This document shows positions 35,576 to 48,779 of a stretch of DNA of 63,308 nt, one piece after another. The position numbers were made by a program, and so were the translations under genes. How positions within the stretch are numbered: the first letter of the stretch is position 1; each line of letters opens with the position of its first letter. Location of the stretch: contig NC_068987.1 of NCBI RefSeq assembly GCF_001194135.2, positions 47,489,494 to 47,552,801 of the forward strand, given 5' to 3'. Under the pieces are notes generated by a model, which was not told where the DNA came from, did not search any database, and saw nothing but the letters and a program-made list of their open reading frames with translations. Origin of the DNA: Octopus bimaculoides. Lineage: Eukaryota.

Positions 35576-36049
35576 ACACAATACGCACATATATTTACAG
35601 CCTTAGTTTTAAGGTTCTCATGTCAATGATAAAAAAAAAAAAAAAACTTATACTTCCATAGATTGGTCAATATTCCAGTTTATAGAAAACCAAATAGGGT
35701 CAAAAGCTTTGCCATTGTTCTCAAAAGCAAGGTCTCACTGGTGTGTGTTGTAGGAGGGGAAATATTTGGTAGATTTGTTTCCACGAAAACCATACATAAT
35801 AAAGAAGTCAGTGAAAATGAGAGAGACAGAAGAAGAGAAGTAGATGGCTGCTTCCATTGTATTTTTATAGGGTTGAGGAGATTGCATTTTTCAAGAATGA
35901 AACATTAGCATGTTTCTATAGTTTAGGACTGGTCCCTGTTGAATGAATTTTGCAAAGATAAAGTCTGGAGGGTATTGTTTTAGGATAATGTTGGGACTTG
36001 TTACCTTGTTGGATTAGGCTGATTGAAGAATTTTTCACATATATAGACG

Positions 36050-36200
36050 TAGGCATGACTGTAGTAAGAAGCTTGCTTTGCAACCACATGATTCTGGGTT
36101 CAGTCCCACAGTGTGGCACCTTGGGCAAGTGTCTATTACTATAGTCTTGGGCCAACCAAAGCCTTGTGAGTGGATTGTTAGATGGAAATTGAGAGAAGCT

Positions 36201-36240
<40 letters not shown>

Positions 36241-36257
36241 TANNNNNNNNNNATATA

Positions 36258-36293
<36 letters not shown>

Positions 36294-36327
36294 TGTATAT
36301 ATACATATATATATTCATATGCCTATG

Positions 36328-36363
<36 letters not shown>

Positions 36364-36580
36364 TCTCCTTCTCTCATTACCATTTGACAACCAGTGTTGG
36401 TGTGCTTATGTCCCTATCACTTAGCTGTTTGGCAAAAGACACCAATAGAATAAGTACTAGGCTTACAAAAAAAGATATAAAGTAAGTCCTGGGATTGAAT
36501 TATTCAGCTAAATCCCTTCAAGGCAGTGCTCCAGCATGGCTGCAGTCAAAGGACTGAAAGAAGTAAAAGATAAAAGAATT
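36050..36580 (+). mobile_element. SINE family A, full length (tRNA head, (TA/TG)n, gactgaaa..gtaaaag tail)
   Basis: Matches the reverse complement of 56315-56708. Confidence 0.8.
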
Positions 36581-36587
36581 TCTTTTT

Positions 36588-36785
36588 AAGGTGGTCAGCT
36601 GGCAGAATTGTTAGCATGCCAGGCAAAATGCTTAGCGGCATTTCATCTGTCTTTACGTTCAGAGTTCAAATTCTGCTGAGTTTGACTTGGCCTTTCATTC
36701 TTTTGGGGGTCAATAAAATAAGTTGAGCATTGGGGTTGATGAAATCAACTTACCCCCTTCCCTTGTGCCAAAATCTGAAACCAAT
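36588..36785 (+). mobile_element. SINE family B
   Basis: aaggtggtcagctggcagaattgttagc..gagttcaaattc..gccttt cattc..ggggt. Other copies at 29925-30090 (-), 40345-40560 (+), 47250-47465 (-), 51285-51505 (+). Confidence 0.8.
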
Positions 36786-37619
36786 ATTATTAATTTCTTT
36801 ACTCGGATATATTTTACAGTTCTGGAAAATCTCACCTAAAAACTTCAAGGCTGTGCTCTAGTATGGTTGCAGTCTAATGACTGAAACAGCTAAAATATAA
36901 CACACACACACAAACAGACAGATAGACACACACACACACATACAGGCATGGATAGGCACTTAGAACAAGTGTCTTCTACTATACCTCAAAGCTGACAAAG
37001 TCCTGAGTAGATTTGGTAGATAGAAACTGAAGGAAGCTCACTATATGTACATACATTTACATGTATGATTTTTCTCTGAGCTCTTCTTAAGAGAGTTCAA
37101 GCCACTTACTAACAAAGTGACAAGACTTTTTGAGTTAAGAGATTTCCCAGTGTTTGTAGATATATGTGGTTGAGTTTGTGTATTGGTTGAGCTGTTGATG
37201 CACACACTCAAGTGAGTGTGTCTGTTCACCTCAAGAATCTTAGATGGAGAATCTTTGGAAAGTCTTGCAAATCATCACTGTGCCACTAATAGATTGGATT
37301 TGGAGAATCCATATCAGTTTCTTTTGCTCATTCTTTGGAAAACCTAGTATTTCTACTTTTCCTGTGTAAATTTGTTTGTACATAGCCTAACACACATATG
37401 ATAATGGGTGCAAATGAGAATTTATAGTCAGAGTACAAGAGATGTAAGCTGCACATTAATAAACCATAAATATGAATTAATGTCTATATATGTATATATG
37501 CATATGTGTATGTATGTGGATAGGTAGGAATGTATGTGTACATATATGTATTTATATGTAGGTATATACATATACATTTTTATATATAAGTAAATACATA
37601 TACATTTACATATATATGC

Positions 37620-37687
<68 letters not shown>

Positions 37688-37879
37688 ATATACATATACA
37701 TACACATATATATATATGTATGTAAATATATGCATATAACATCATTTTCATTCAAGCCCATTTTCCATGCTAGCATGGGTGGGACAGGCCTCAGCAAGCT
37801 AAACCTTTCAGGTGAGATGACAAAGGACCAAGATACCTGGCACCTGGCCATACTTAAGAAGACTCATACACTACAGCAG

Positions 37880-38178
37880 TAATGTTATGACTGATCCTTC
37901 TGGTGGTGTAAAACACTCGTGGTGGTGCTATGTGAAAGTGCCTGTGTGGTGCCACATAAAAGTGCCCGTGCAGCAACACATAAAACCGCCCATGTGGCTT
38001 CATGTAAAAGTACATAGAACATTCTGTAAAGTGGTTGGCATTAGGAAGGGCATCCAGCTGTAGAAACCATGCCAAATCAGACTGGATCTGATGCAGCCCC
38101 CCCCCCAGCTTACCAGCTCTGGTTATACCATCCAACCCATGCCAGCATGGACAATGGATGTTAAATAATGATGATGAT
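37880..38178 (+). mobile_element. RTE 3' UTR/tail fragment
   Basis: gtggttggcattaggaagggcatccagctgtagaaacc..ccaacccatgccagcatgg..(gat)n. Similar tails at 17060-17240, 18990-19230, 43740-43910 and 48380-48660 (-). Confidence 0.8.
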
Positions 38179-38189
38179 TCGTGTGTATA

Positions 38190-38226
<37 letters not shown>

Positions 38227-38381
38227 NNNNNNNNNNNNNNNNNNNNNNNNNNNNNNNNNNNNNNNNNNNNNNNNNNNNNNNNNNNNNNNNNNNNNNNNNN
38301 NNNNNNNNNNNNNNNNNNNNNNNNNNNNNNNNNNNNNNNNNNNNNNNNNNNNNNNNNNNNNNTATATATATACTCTTTACT

Positions 38382-38720
38382 CTTTTACTCTTTTACTTGT
38401 TTCAGTCATTTGACTGCGGCCATGCTGGAGCACCACCTTTAGTCGAGAAAATCGACCCCAGGACTTATTCTTTGGAAGCCTAGTACTTATTCTATCAATC
38501 TCTTTTGCCGAACCACTAAGTTACAGGCACGTAAACACACTGTCATCGGTTGTCAAGCGATGTTGGGGGACAAACACAGACACACAAACATATACACACA
38601 CATACATATTTACACATATATACGACGGGCTTCTTTCAGTTTCCGTCTACCAAATCCACTCACAAGGCTTTGGTTGGCCCGAGGCTATAGTAGAAGACAC
38701 TTGCCCAAGGTACCACACAG
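38382..38720 (-). mobile_element. SINE family A (also 43090-43460 and 43918-44185)
   Basis: tactcttttacttgtttcagtcatttgactgcggccatgctggagcacc..ggcttctttcagtttccgtctaccaaatccactcacaaggc. Confidence 0.8.
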
Positions 38721-39164
38721 TGAGTATATAGATTTATGTATATGTGTGTCTGTGAGTGTCACTCTAATGCATGAGGTGTTCTTTGCTTTCAATCTTCCAC
38801 TTAATCACGTTTGGGCATGGTGAAATATTACTTACTTGGAAAGAGGTAAGAGTTGGCAATGGGAAGGGCATCCAGCTGTATGAAATCTGTTTGATTCATG
38901 TGATCATGCAAAAATGGATGTTTCATATAAGTATATATATGATGAGAACTATTATATTTTCAACCAAGACATTACAACTGTATCTGTGTATGTGCATATA
39001 TTTACTCGATTGCTGACATTTATCAATGGTTTCTCCCATTGTTTTGATGCACTATTTTCTATCATTAATAGAATTGTTAGTATTTTTGACAACACGGGTA
39101 TGCTAGTACAATATAAGCCGCTGAAATATTACGTTAGCGGCGGAAAATAATTGTAGCATGTCTA

Positions 39165-39263
39165 GTCATCCATAGCTATGGTTGCTATCCAATTGCCGGT
39201 TCTCTTTTTTAAACTTCCCATGCTGACATCTCTGTCGGCAGGAAAGCGATCGTTGCTCTCCAG
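39165..39263 (+). promoter_or_regulatory. Predicted promoter and exon 1 of ZNF paralog 2 (donor CAG|GTATGT)
   Basis: 34 nt identical to unit 1 (39221-39254 = 12173-12206); aligned donor. Confidence 0.65.
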
Positions 39264-40119
39264 GTATGTACGGTACACTTCATTCGCGTATCTATCCTCA
39301 TTCGTATTAATAGTCCTGTGCATACTAATCATACACCAGTTACTCGACGTATTAATTGTAAAACATTTGTAACACTTCATCACGTCTTCTCAATCGATGA
39401 CAAAGTGTGTAGGTTTTTTTTTAATTTTTCCTTTTTTTTTTTTTTGTCTTGAGATGTGTTGACGGACAGAGAAATGTTGTTGGTGTGTTGGTGTCGGTAG
39501 ACAGACAGGGCGACCTCATAGTAAAACTACAAGACATCAAGATCGACAGAGAGAAATGGTGTGACATGGTCTGGGATTTGGACAAGAGCTATTTGTCTGG
39601 TCAATGTGGGTTCGAATTGTGTTGAAGTCAGTCATTTAGATACCTTGTAGGTTTTAATTAATCACCCACCCTCTTTTCTCACCGATTACGAGTTTATCGC
39701 AGAGCCTTTAACGTAAATATGTGTTGGATTACTCTAATCCTCACATAGAAACCTCAGTTAATCCCCTAATGTTTATGTTTTGGCATATGGTCACCTCCCG
39801 CTATAGATTATATTATCAACGACCTTTCCCCATTTTCATATTGTTACCCTGTCTGCCATCTGTTTCTCTGATCTGGGCGGTGTCATTAAACATTGCTTAT
39901 GTTGTTGTTGGTGCTGTAGGTGGTCTGATCGTTGTTGGTGTTTCAAGCCCCAAGCCAGTCTTGAACAATGGTCATCTTGTCTTATTTTCGGACAGTGCAT
40001 GTAGATTGCTAACGCTGTTATTGTTGTTGTTGGTGATAATAATGATGATGGTGGTGGTGAGGATTAAATATTGGGCGTTCCTCTTACAAGCATCAATGTT
40101 ACTATGTTACTGATACGTT

Positions 40120-40320
40120 GGTTATAATAGTGTTGGTGATGGCGGTGTAGTGGTGGTGATGATGATAGTGGTGATTATAATGGTGGTGGTGCTGGCGATG
40201 ACGACAATGATGGTAATGATGATGATTGCGATGGTGGTGCCGCTGCTAGTGATGATATTGGTGATGGAGATTGTTATCTTGAAGCAATTGGAGGTAATTG
40301 TAGTGATGATAGTTGGCTGA
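40120..40320. repeat. (GAT/GGT)n low-complexity tract
   Basis: Direct reading. Confidence 0.85.
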
Positions 40321-40962
40321 AAAGCCTACTATTATTAATATTAGTAGTAAGGTGGCGAGCTGGTCGAATCGTTAACATGCCGGACAAAAGGCTTAGCGGC
40401 ATTTCGTCTGTCTTTATGTTCTGAGTTCAAATTCCGCCGTGGTCGACTTTGCCTTTCATCCCTTCGGCGTCGATAAAATAAGTATCAGTTGAACATTGGG
40501 GTCGATGCAATTGACTTACTCCTTCCCTGAAATTGATGGCCCTGTGTCAAAAATTGAAATTATTACTATTATCAAGAGCATTCCAGTTGGAACCATACTG
40601 TTTTTTTCTTTTCTTTTTTTTTTTGTTTGTTTCCTGATATATATTTAAGATAACTTTCTCCAATGTGTTGTTTTTTTTTCTTTTTAAGACAGTAATTTAA
40701 CCTTCCACATTTTTGCCATCAACAGTTGCCCTTATGAGCCTTGTACTATACAATGTCAACCAATCATCAATCACAATAGACCCTATACTCCCTTACTGCA
40801 TCCTGAATAGATAACTACACTTTTAAGCTATTAAACCTACCTATTTCCTAAGCTGCTTTGTGAGTGTACTATAGAGTAACAAAAAGTTTCACATTCCAAG
40901 AATTTTGCTTAGTAATAGTAGTAGTAGTAGTAGTAGTAGTAGTATATTTATATATATATTAT

Positions 40963-42976
40963 ATACTAGCAGAAATACCCGGCTTTGCCAGGGTTAAAGA
41001 GAATAATGAAATCTAAAAACGCCGTCTAGACTACGCAACCCTCAACTGTTAGTAGCTACGATACCATATTTCTACATTAATAACTCTCCAATCCATGCCA
41101 GCATGGAACATAGATATTAAGTGGAATGCTAGAAGAAAGTTTTCAACTCATATGTATATAAAGTAAATACACGTAATTCAGAAACACGTTTTGTGTATTT
41201 TATTTCGTAACCAAACAAACAGGTACAGATTATAAATAATGAAAGGCCAATTTTGGTGATTCATTTGACAGAGGTAGTAGAGAGACAATGCGATGATAAA
41301 TCTGAGGTTGGATCTNNNNNNNNNNNNNNNNNNNNNNNNNTATATATATGTATATCAATATAAATATATGAAAGTCAATGAAGTTTCGTAAAAGAAGGTG
41401 ATCATGTACATACTTTCTTGCTGTTGTGATTATAACACCTCGTTGTAAACAATGTTCCTTGTTTTCCCCTGTGGAGCATATACAAATAGGTTTATTTTGC
41501 TGCCCACTCTTGAGCAGCCAACATACAGTTGTCCATGTGAGAAGCAGGGCTCTTCCAAGAGAAGACCAGCTACAGACAGTGCTCATCTGTTATGTTCGGG
41601 TTAAAATTTCATCAAAGTAGGTCTGCAACGAAATAATTTTACTCAACACTTTGCAAGTGAATCAGTGACAATTTATGCACATTGCAGAAATCACAATGTA
41701 AGTATATCTGAAAGGGTAGTCTTACACTGTTGTACCGTTGAATTACAAATAATGCTCATCTGTTATGTTCGGGTTAAAATTTCATCAACATCCAAAATAT
41801 ATGAATTTTCATGGGAGCTATGGCCGTTATGCATAGAATATAATTTCCAAATTTCATAAAGATCCATTCAGTACTTTTGACATAGTTTTGGATAAGAAAA
41901 CAAATGACTAATGTGTGTGTTTGTGTGCATGTGTATGTGTGTGATGGGTGTATATATGTATAGATATCTGTATGCATGTATATATATGTATGTGTACATA
42001 TTACAANNNNNNNNNNNNNNNNNNNNNNNNNNNNNNNNNNNNNNNNNNNNNNNNNNNNNNNNNNNNNNNNNNNNNNNNNNNNNNNNNNNNNNNNNNNNNN
42101 NNNNNNNNNNNNNNNNNNNNNNNNNNNNNNNNNNNNNNNNNNNNNNNNNNNNNNNNNNNNNNNNNNNNNNNNNNNNNNNNNNNNNNNNNNNNNNNNNNNN
42201 NNNNNNNNNNNNNNNNNNNNNNNNNNNNNNNNNNNNNNNNNNNNNNNNNNNNNNNNNNNNNNNNNNNNNNNNNNNNNNNNNNNNNNNNNNNNNNNNNNNN
42301 NNNNNNNNNNNNNNNNNNNNNNNNNNNNNNNNNNNNNNNNNNNNNNNNNNNNNNNNNNNNNNNNNNNNNNNNNNNNNNNNNNNNNNNNNNNNNNNNNNNN
42401 NNNNNNNNNNNNNNNNNNNNNNNNNNNNNNNNNNNNNNNNNNNNNNNNNNNNNNNNNNNNNNNNNNNNNNNNNNNNNNNNNNNNNNNNNNNNNNNNNNNN
42501 NNNNNNNNNNNNNNNNNNNNNNNNNNNNNNNNNNNNNNNNNNNNNNNNNNNNNNNNNNNNNNNNNNNCTCTTTCTCTCTCTTTCTCTCTTTCTCTCTTTC
42601 TCTCTCTCTCTCTCTTTCTCTCTTTCTCTCTTTCTCTCTCTCTTTCTCTCTTTCTCTGAAAGTATCTGTCATTACAGTATCGAAATGTGAATGTTTCAGT
42701 TAGTAGAATAGTTTCATTTTTAAAGTGAAAGTATTTGACATGAGTGTTTTTGTTTCACTTTTGACACGTAATACTTAAATAGTGGAGGAGATATTATGTT
42801 GCCGTGGGCTCGAACTCTGCAAGAAGTTAAAAAAATTTTTTTTGACTAAACCACAACTGTAACCCTAAGTAAGGCATCTGTAAAATTTGAATGAAATTGG
42901 TTGCGTAGTTCTCGAGTTTTAGGGATTCACACAGACAGACAGACAGACACACATTGTCATTTTTATATATATAGAT
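40963..42976 (+). mobile_element. Non-autonomous Helitron-like (Lep1-type) pieces across gaps
   Basis: 5'-like tactagcagaaatacccggctttgccagggtt and 3'-like aaatttgaatgaaattggttgcgtagttctcgagtttt..(acag)n..tttttatatatatagat. May be more than one element. Confidence 0.5.
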
Positions 42977-44121
42977 AAATATATACATGGACGTTAAATG
43001 ATGATGATGATGATACACAAACACACACACAGGTGCTGAAAAGTTCCTGGCTTTGGGTAAAAGAAGACACGGGGTAATCAGTCTTCTTTAATTTTTCTTT
43101 TTTCTTTTACTTGTTTCAGTCATTTGACTGTGGCCATGCTGGAGCACCACCTTAAAGGATGTTAGTTGAAGAAATCGACTCCAGGACTTATTCTTTGTAA
43201 GCCTAGTACTTATTTTGTCAGTCTCTTTTGCCTAATTGCTAAGTTATGGGGACATAAACACACCTGCATCGGTTGTTAAGCGATGGCGGGGTGAGAAAGT
43301 GAGAAACACACACACACACACACATATATACGACGGGCTTCTTTCAGTTTCTGTCTATCAAATCCACTCACAAGGCTTTGGTTGGCCCGAGGCTATAGTA
43401 GAAGACATGTAGTGGGACCAAACCCAGTACCATTTGGTTGGTAAGCAAGCTTCTTAACATGCAGCCACATCTGTGCCTAATTATTAGGCACATGATTTTA
43501 TTCAACATATTCTCCTCTCAGATTCACACACTTATTGCAGTGGTTCATCAGTTTTTCTAAGTCCTGTAAAAGAACCCGGAAGTTTAAGGCCTCCACGATA
43601 GTCTTAAAGCCAGGAAATTTTCAGCACCTCTCCCTTGTATACATACACATATATATATATCTGGTGCTTTACTGTACTCAAGAAGACACATTGTCTGCCA
43701 CAGCGGAAGTGTTAATGGTAGAGGAGGATTGGCCTGCAAGAGCCATGTAAAAAGTACTTGTGTTGGCACCATGTAAAAGAGCTCCTGATGGTGCCATATT
43801 AAAAACACTCAGTACACACCGTAAAGTGGTTGGCATTAGGAAAGGCATCCAGTTATAGAAACCAAGCCTAATCAGACTGGAACCTGGTGCAACTCTCTTG
43901 CATACCAGCTCTTTTATCTTTGAATTTTTACTTGTTTCAGTCATTAGACTGCAGCCATGCTGGGGTACTGCCATGAAGAATTTTTAGTCAGACCTATTGA
44001 CTCCAATACTTATTTTTTAAAGCCTGGTACTTATTCTATCGGTCTGTTTCACTGAACTGATAAGATACAGGATGTAAACACACCAGCACCAGTTGTCAAA
44101 CAGTGGTAACAGAGATACAAA

Positions 44122-44175
<54 letters not shown>

Positions 44176-44704
44176 CATACACTGGGCTTCTTTCAGCTGT
44201 TTTCATTGCTTTCACTGATTCCTTACTCAGCATTCCTCTGGGAAATATATTGTGTGTGTGTGCATGTGTATATATGTGTGTTGTGTGTGTGTGGGGGGTA
44301 TATATGTGCATTCATGTGTGTGTATGTGTGCATGTGCATGTATGTGTGTGCATGTATGTAGGTTGTGTGTGTGTGTGGGTATACATATGCACTTATATAT
44401 TAATGATGTACATGACAGGCATACATAACACTGAAATATGCATATAAAGTAAACACAGGTAACAGCTCATTTCACAGACACTAAACTATAAATTTTACAG
44501 AGTACAACCTTAAAGTTGACACCACTGTCTCACTATTGGCTAAAAATACACAGTTTTTTCGATTTTTAAACCTCTGTAACTTTTTCCTCAAATTTTTTTT
44601 TTCACAAGATCATGAATTCACAGCAATAAGAATGGAAAACTACATCAATATAACTGATTTTCAAATTTTTTACTTCCTTTTAAAAAAATGCAGATTCTGT
44701 GAAT

Positions 44705-44962
44705 CAATTTAACTAGATCTGCAAGCTTTCTTATTTCTTTATTGCCCACAAGGGGCTAAACATAGAGGGGACAAGCAAGGACAAACAAACGGATTAAGTC
44801 GATTACATCGACCCCAGTGCGTAACTGGTACTTAATTTATCAACCCCGAAAGGATGAAAGGCAAAGTTGACCTCGGTGGAATTTGAACTCAGAACGTAAC
44901 GGCAGACGAAATACCGCTAAGCATTTCACCCAGCGTTCTAACGTTTCTGCCAGCTCGCCACC
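44705..44962 (-). mobile_element. SINE family B, young copy
   Basis: CpG-rich and near complete, with aataaagaaataagaaa tail on the minus strand. Confidence 0.85.
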
Positions 44963-44974
44963 AGACCTGTACCT

Positions 44975-45021
<47 letters not shown>

Positions 45022-45174
45022 ATGCATGTGCGTGTGTGTGGGTGTAACAGTAGGATGCTAGGTCAGAGTCAATGAAATGAACATGAATTGAAATCAGTTC
45101 TTTACGGATTTATGGTTACTTTAAAAAGAACTACCAAGATACATCAGTCTTGTAGAACAAAGAATGTTATAGGG

Positions 45175-45291
45175 CAGTAGTTCTCAACTGGGGTCTATAT
45201 AAGGTTTTTTTTTGGGGTGGGGGGGGTCCATGCAAGCAGAGTAAAATTGTAATTGAAGGGGTCCATCGTAAAAAATGGTTGAGAACCACTG
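45175..45291. mobile_element. hAT-type MITE, 117 bp
   Basis: TIRs cagtagttctcaac / gttgagaaccactg. Flanks ttataggg / ttgtagac match at 5 of 8. Confidence 0.75.
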
Positions 45292-46162
45292 TTGTAGACA
45301 AACAAAGTTCATTTCACGATATTATATAGATGTGTTTTTCTTTAGATAGAGAGTGAATTTCTGTTGATGTATTGGAGTAATGAACTAGTGTTATATATTT
45401 TGCTGACAGTCAGGTTATAACAGAATCAGTTGAAATCATTTACATGACAGAAGGACAGTATCAGAGAAGTTATACTTCAGTGCTCATGACTGTCAGCTCT
45501 CTATTGTGTTTAGTTGTCAGTTCACTGCTCACTGACCTCTGACTCATCAAGTCTGTCTCTGTGTTCATTATTCTTTTTATCAGCTGTGAATAGAATTAGA
45601 GCTTGACTGATTTTCAAGCAACAATTTTGGATTCATTAGAATTTTTGCTGTCATCAGTCAAAGACTTTAATGTGTAACAATTGAATATCATTGGTTAGAT
45701 TTTTTTTGTGACGTCATCACATCCAGGAGTTGCTTTATCCAGATTCCAAAACTTTCTAGAAAACTTTGAACAGATTTTTGCTGACATGACAAAATACTGG
45801 TTACAGCCTTTGTGTTTGAAAACCAAAACGTTCCAAGTCTGAATCATGGTATAGATCTACTACACATATATCGTAGATTTTGGTCTTATAATGAGATGGC
45901 TTCTCTAATATCAATTCCTTCTTTGTAGCTTAGATAATTGTTTTATGTAGATAAGAAGATTTACTAAAGGACACTTTGTAGTGTCTGTGTTAAGATTTCA
46001 AACTGATTTAGAAATAGTTTATTGTTTCTCCATTTGAACAATTTGAAATTAAGTGAAACAGTGCTACTAAAGGAGTCTTTTCCTTTATTTCAGTACCAAC
46101 GATCATTTGCAAATGAAACACAAGAGTAACCGACATTGAGCTCTCAGATCTATCTCTAAAAA

Positions 46163-46867
46163 ATGGACTTATTGGCAGAATCTGAAGCCGAACCATACTA
46201 CTGTGGAGTATGTGGCAAAGATTTTGTTCATATTGTACGACTGGAGGAGCACATGAAGGTACATACTATAGAGAAACGATTCCCTTGTGAAATATGTGGA
46301 AAGAACTTTTCAAAAAATTCTGACCTCTCAAGACACATAAGAACACACACAGGAGAAAGACCTTTCCGCTGTGATATCTGTGGTAGAGACTTCTCCATGA
46401 ATTATAACTTAAAAAATCATTTAAAGACCCATACTGGTGAAAAGCCATATCAATGTGATATTTGTGATAAATACTTTACTGAAAGATCCTCTTTGAGGAA
46501 ACACATCAGGATTCATACAGGAGAAAAACCTTACCATTGCACAACATGTGGGGACAGTTTTACAGATTATTCTACATTAAGGACTCATTTAAGGACTCAC
46601 ACAGGAGAAAAACCATACCATTGTGAGATCTGTGGTAAAGATTTCACTGCAAATTCCTCCTTGAAAAGTCACATTCGGACACACAACAGGGAAAAGCCAT
46701 TTATCTGTAAGGAATGCGGTAACGGATTCTCATTCAAAGTTCATCTTAGAGAACATGTGAAGGCACATAACAAACCTGAACCAAGCCCTTTACGTTGTAA
46801 GATATGTGGAGATAACTTTGTGGATGATGTTGCTTTAACAAGTCATTTAAGAATACATACAGAGTAA
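46163..46867 (+). CDS. C2H2 zinc-finger protein, 8 fingers, 234 aa (paralog 2)
   Basis: Finger-for-finger colinear with paralog 1. aaaATGG start with in-frame TAA two codons upstream. Acceptor tttcag|tacca at 46093. Confidence 0.95.
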   Translation: MDLLAESEAEPYYCGVCGKDFVHIVRLEEHMKVHTIEKRFPCEICGKNFSKNSDLSRHIRTHTGERPFRCDICGRDFSMNYNLKNHLKTHTGEKPYQCDICDKYFTERSSLRKHIRIHTGEKPYHCTTCGDSFTDYSTLRTHLRTHTGEKPYHCEICGKDFTANSSLKSHIRTHNREKPFICKECGNGFSFKVHLREHVKAHNKPEPSPLRCKICGDNFVDDVALTSHLRIHTE

Positions 46868-48779
46868 TATTTTGTTTAATGGCAGGTGTTATTATTGTTA
46901 TTTTTAAAATAAATATTTTGTTTTGTATTATAACTCAATCGGATTTCATTTGAAATTGTATTTTATTACAAATTCTTGCCTTATTTATGCAAATGAAGAT
47001 TTTTGAAAGCAGTAGCAGTAAATACTACTCTTAAATTATTGGAATTACATGTCTTATGAATAATTTTTCTCTGAATTTCTGCTGCACTGCTTTTGATGTT
47101 ATTATCATTGTTTAACCCTAAGTCATTTGTAAATGATCAGATTTATGATCAATGGTATTCCTTTCATACCCTTCCTGCCTTTTTGTATATCAAGGATTAC
47201 GTTGTCCAATATGTCCTTTTGTACTTGAGGGAATTTGGCTGCTAATATTCATTTTAAATTTTGGCACAAGTCAGCAATTTAACAGGTGGGGGTAAAATGA
47301 TTACATTGACCCCAGTGTTCAACTGGTATTTATTTTATTAACCCTAAAAGGATGAAAGGTAAAGTTGGGCTTGGTGGAATTTGAACTCAGAATGTGAAGA
47401 TGGATGAAATGTCGCTAGGCATTTTGTCCAGTGTGCTAATGCTTCTGCCAGCTTGACATCTTAGTTTGGCTGCTAATATTAGCAGGTTGTGTGTCCTAGT
47501 AGAGGGTTGCTCTAGCAAGGCCTGTCTCATTGCTTGAAGAAAAGTCTAAATTTTCCTTTTGGAATTTAGATCAAAAACTTGAGAGTGAATTTGGGAGATG
47601 GAAGCTAGGAAACTGAAAGAAGCCCATTGTGTTTGGGTGTGTGTGCATGTGTTTTTGTATCTCCTTGTCTTGACATTGTGCAATAGTTGTAAACAAGCTT
47701 CACTGTTATATAAGTGGTGCTGTTCATTTCCAAGTTTCTGTGAAGATATGTCTGGGTATGGGGAAATATTACCCTGCTTGGAAACATGTAAGGGTTGGCA
47801 ACAGAACAGGCATCCAGGTTTAACAAATTCTGTCTAACACATACAAGCATGGAAAAGGGGACATTAAGATGTTGCTATTGTTGTTGTTGTTGTTGTTGTT
47901 GTTGGCGGTGGTGGTGGTGTTGATGATAATGATGATGATGATGGTGGTGGTGGTAGTGGTGCTGGTGGCAGCGGCAATGATGATGATAGAATTATCATTC
48001 TCTCATAGTACAAACTCTTTTTTTTTTACCCCACATTTTGTGAGTATTTGAACTGATTTTTTCTACTTTTTAATGATCCGCACCAAGACTTCTTTCCTTA
48101 GACACTGATGTTTTATTATTTATTTATATTACATTTTGTAAATATAGTGGTGGCTATAGATTTCCAATTGGATACTCTCTCAGTTCACAGCATTTATGAT
48201 AACAAGAGTGTCAAAGGTTATCTCTACAAATATGGTAGAACAAATATCACAAGGGGTGTCATTTGTAAGCACTGCAATTCTATTACTGATATTTATATCT
48301 GTCAGTAATTTACATTGCTAAAGGATGTGTGTGTGTGTGTGTGTGTGTGTGCATGCATGTGCACACACAACCACACACACACATCATCATCATCATTTAA
48401 CATCCATTGATCATGCTGTCATGGGTTGGACAGTTTGACCAGAGCTAGCAAGCTGGAAGGCTGCACAAGACTACAATCTGATTTGGCATGGTTTCTACAG
48501 CTGGATGCCCTTCCTAATGCCAACCACTCCAAGAGTGGGTGCTTTTACATGCCACTGGCATGCAAAAGCACCCACTGGCATTTGCGTGACATCAGTATCT
48601 GCCACAACTACGATTTTACTTGGCTTGATGGGTCTTCTTCTCAAGCACGATATAATGCCAAAGGCTTCGGTCTGTGCAACATATATGTGTGTGTTTGTTT
48701 GTATGTGTGTGTGCTGACTTATTTCATATGTATACAGTATATATTTATAAATCACTATTTGACAAAGAAGTAAAAAGGT

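Noticed and set aside
39162-39383. Antisense 73-aa ORF (MMKCYKCF..) over the conserved exon 1 region
   Set aside because: The aligned frame in unit 1 has TAA where unit 2 has TGG and a further stop, and unit 3 has indels. The conservation is not at protein level.
34730-42703. Long ORFs of 220-259 aa in the track
   Set aside because: Artefacts of N-runs and dinucleotide repeats.
44510-44712. Possible TTAA-flanked (Kolobok-like) MITE
   Set aside because: Terminal inverted repeats too degenerate to support.
45690-45716. CCAAT box plus TGACGTCA (CRE) in intron of unit 2
   Set aside because: Not conserved in units 1 or 3; another TGACGTCA occurs at ~10450, so it is compatible with chance.
48108-48308. 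66-aa ORF with hydrophobic N-terminus and CKHC
   Set aside because: No recognisable family, AT-rich start and no supporting exons; likely chance. A BLASTP/RNA-seq check could revive it.
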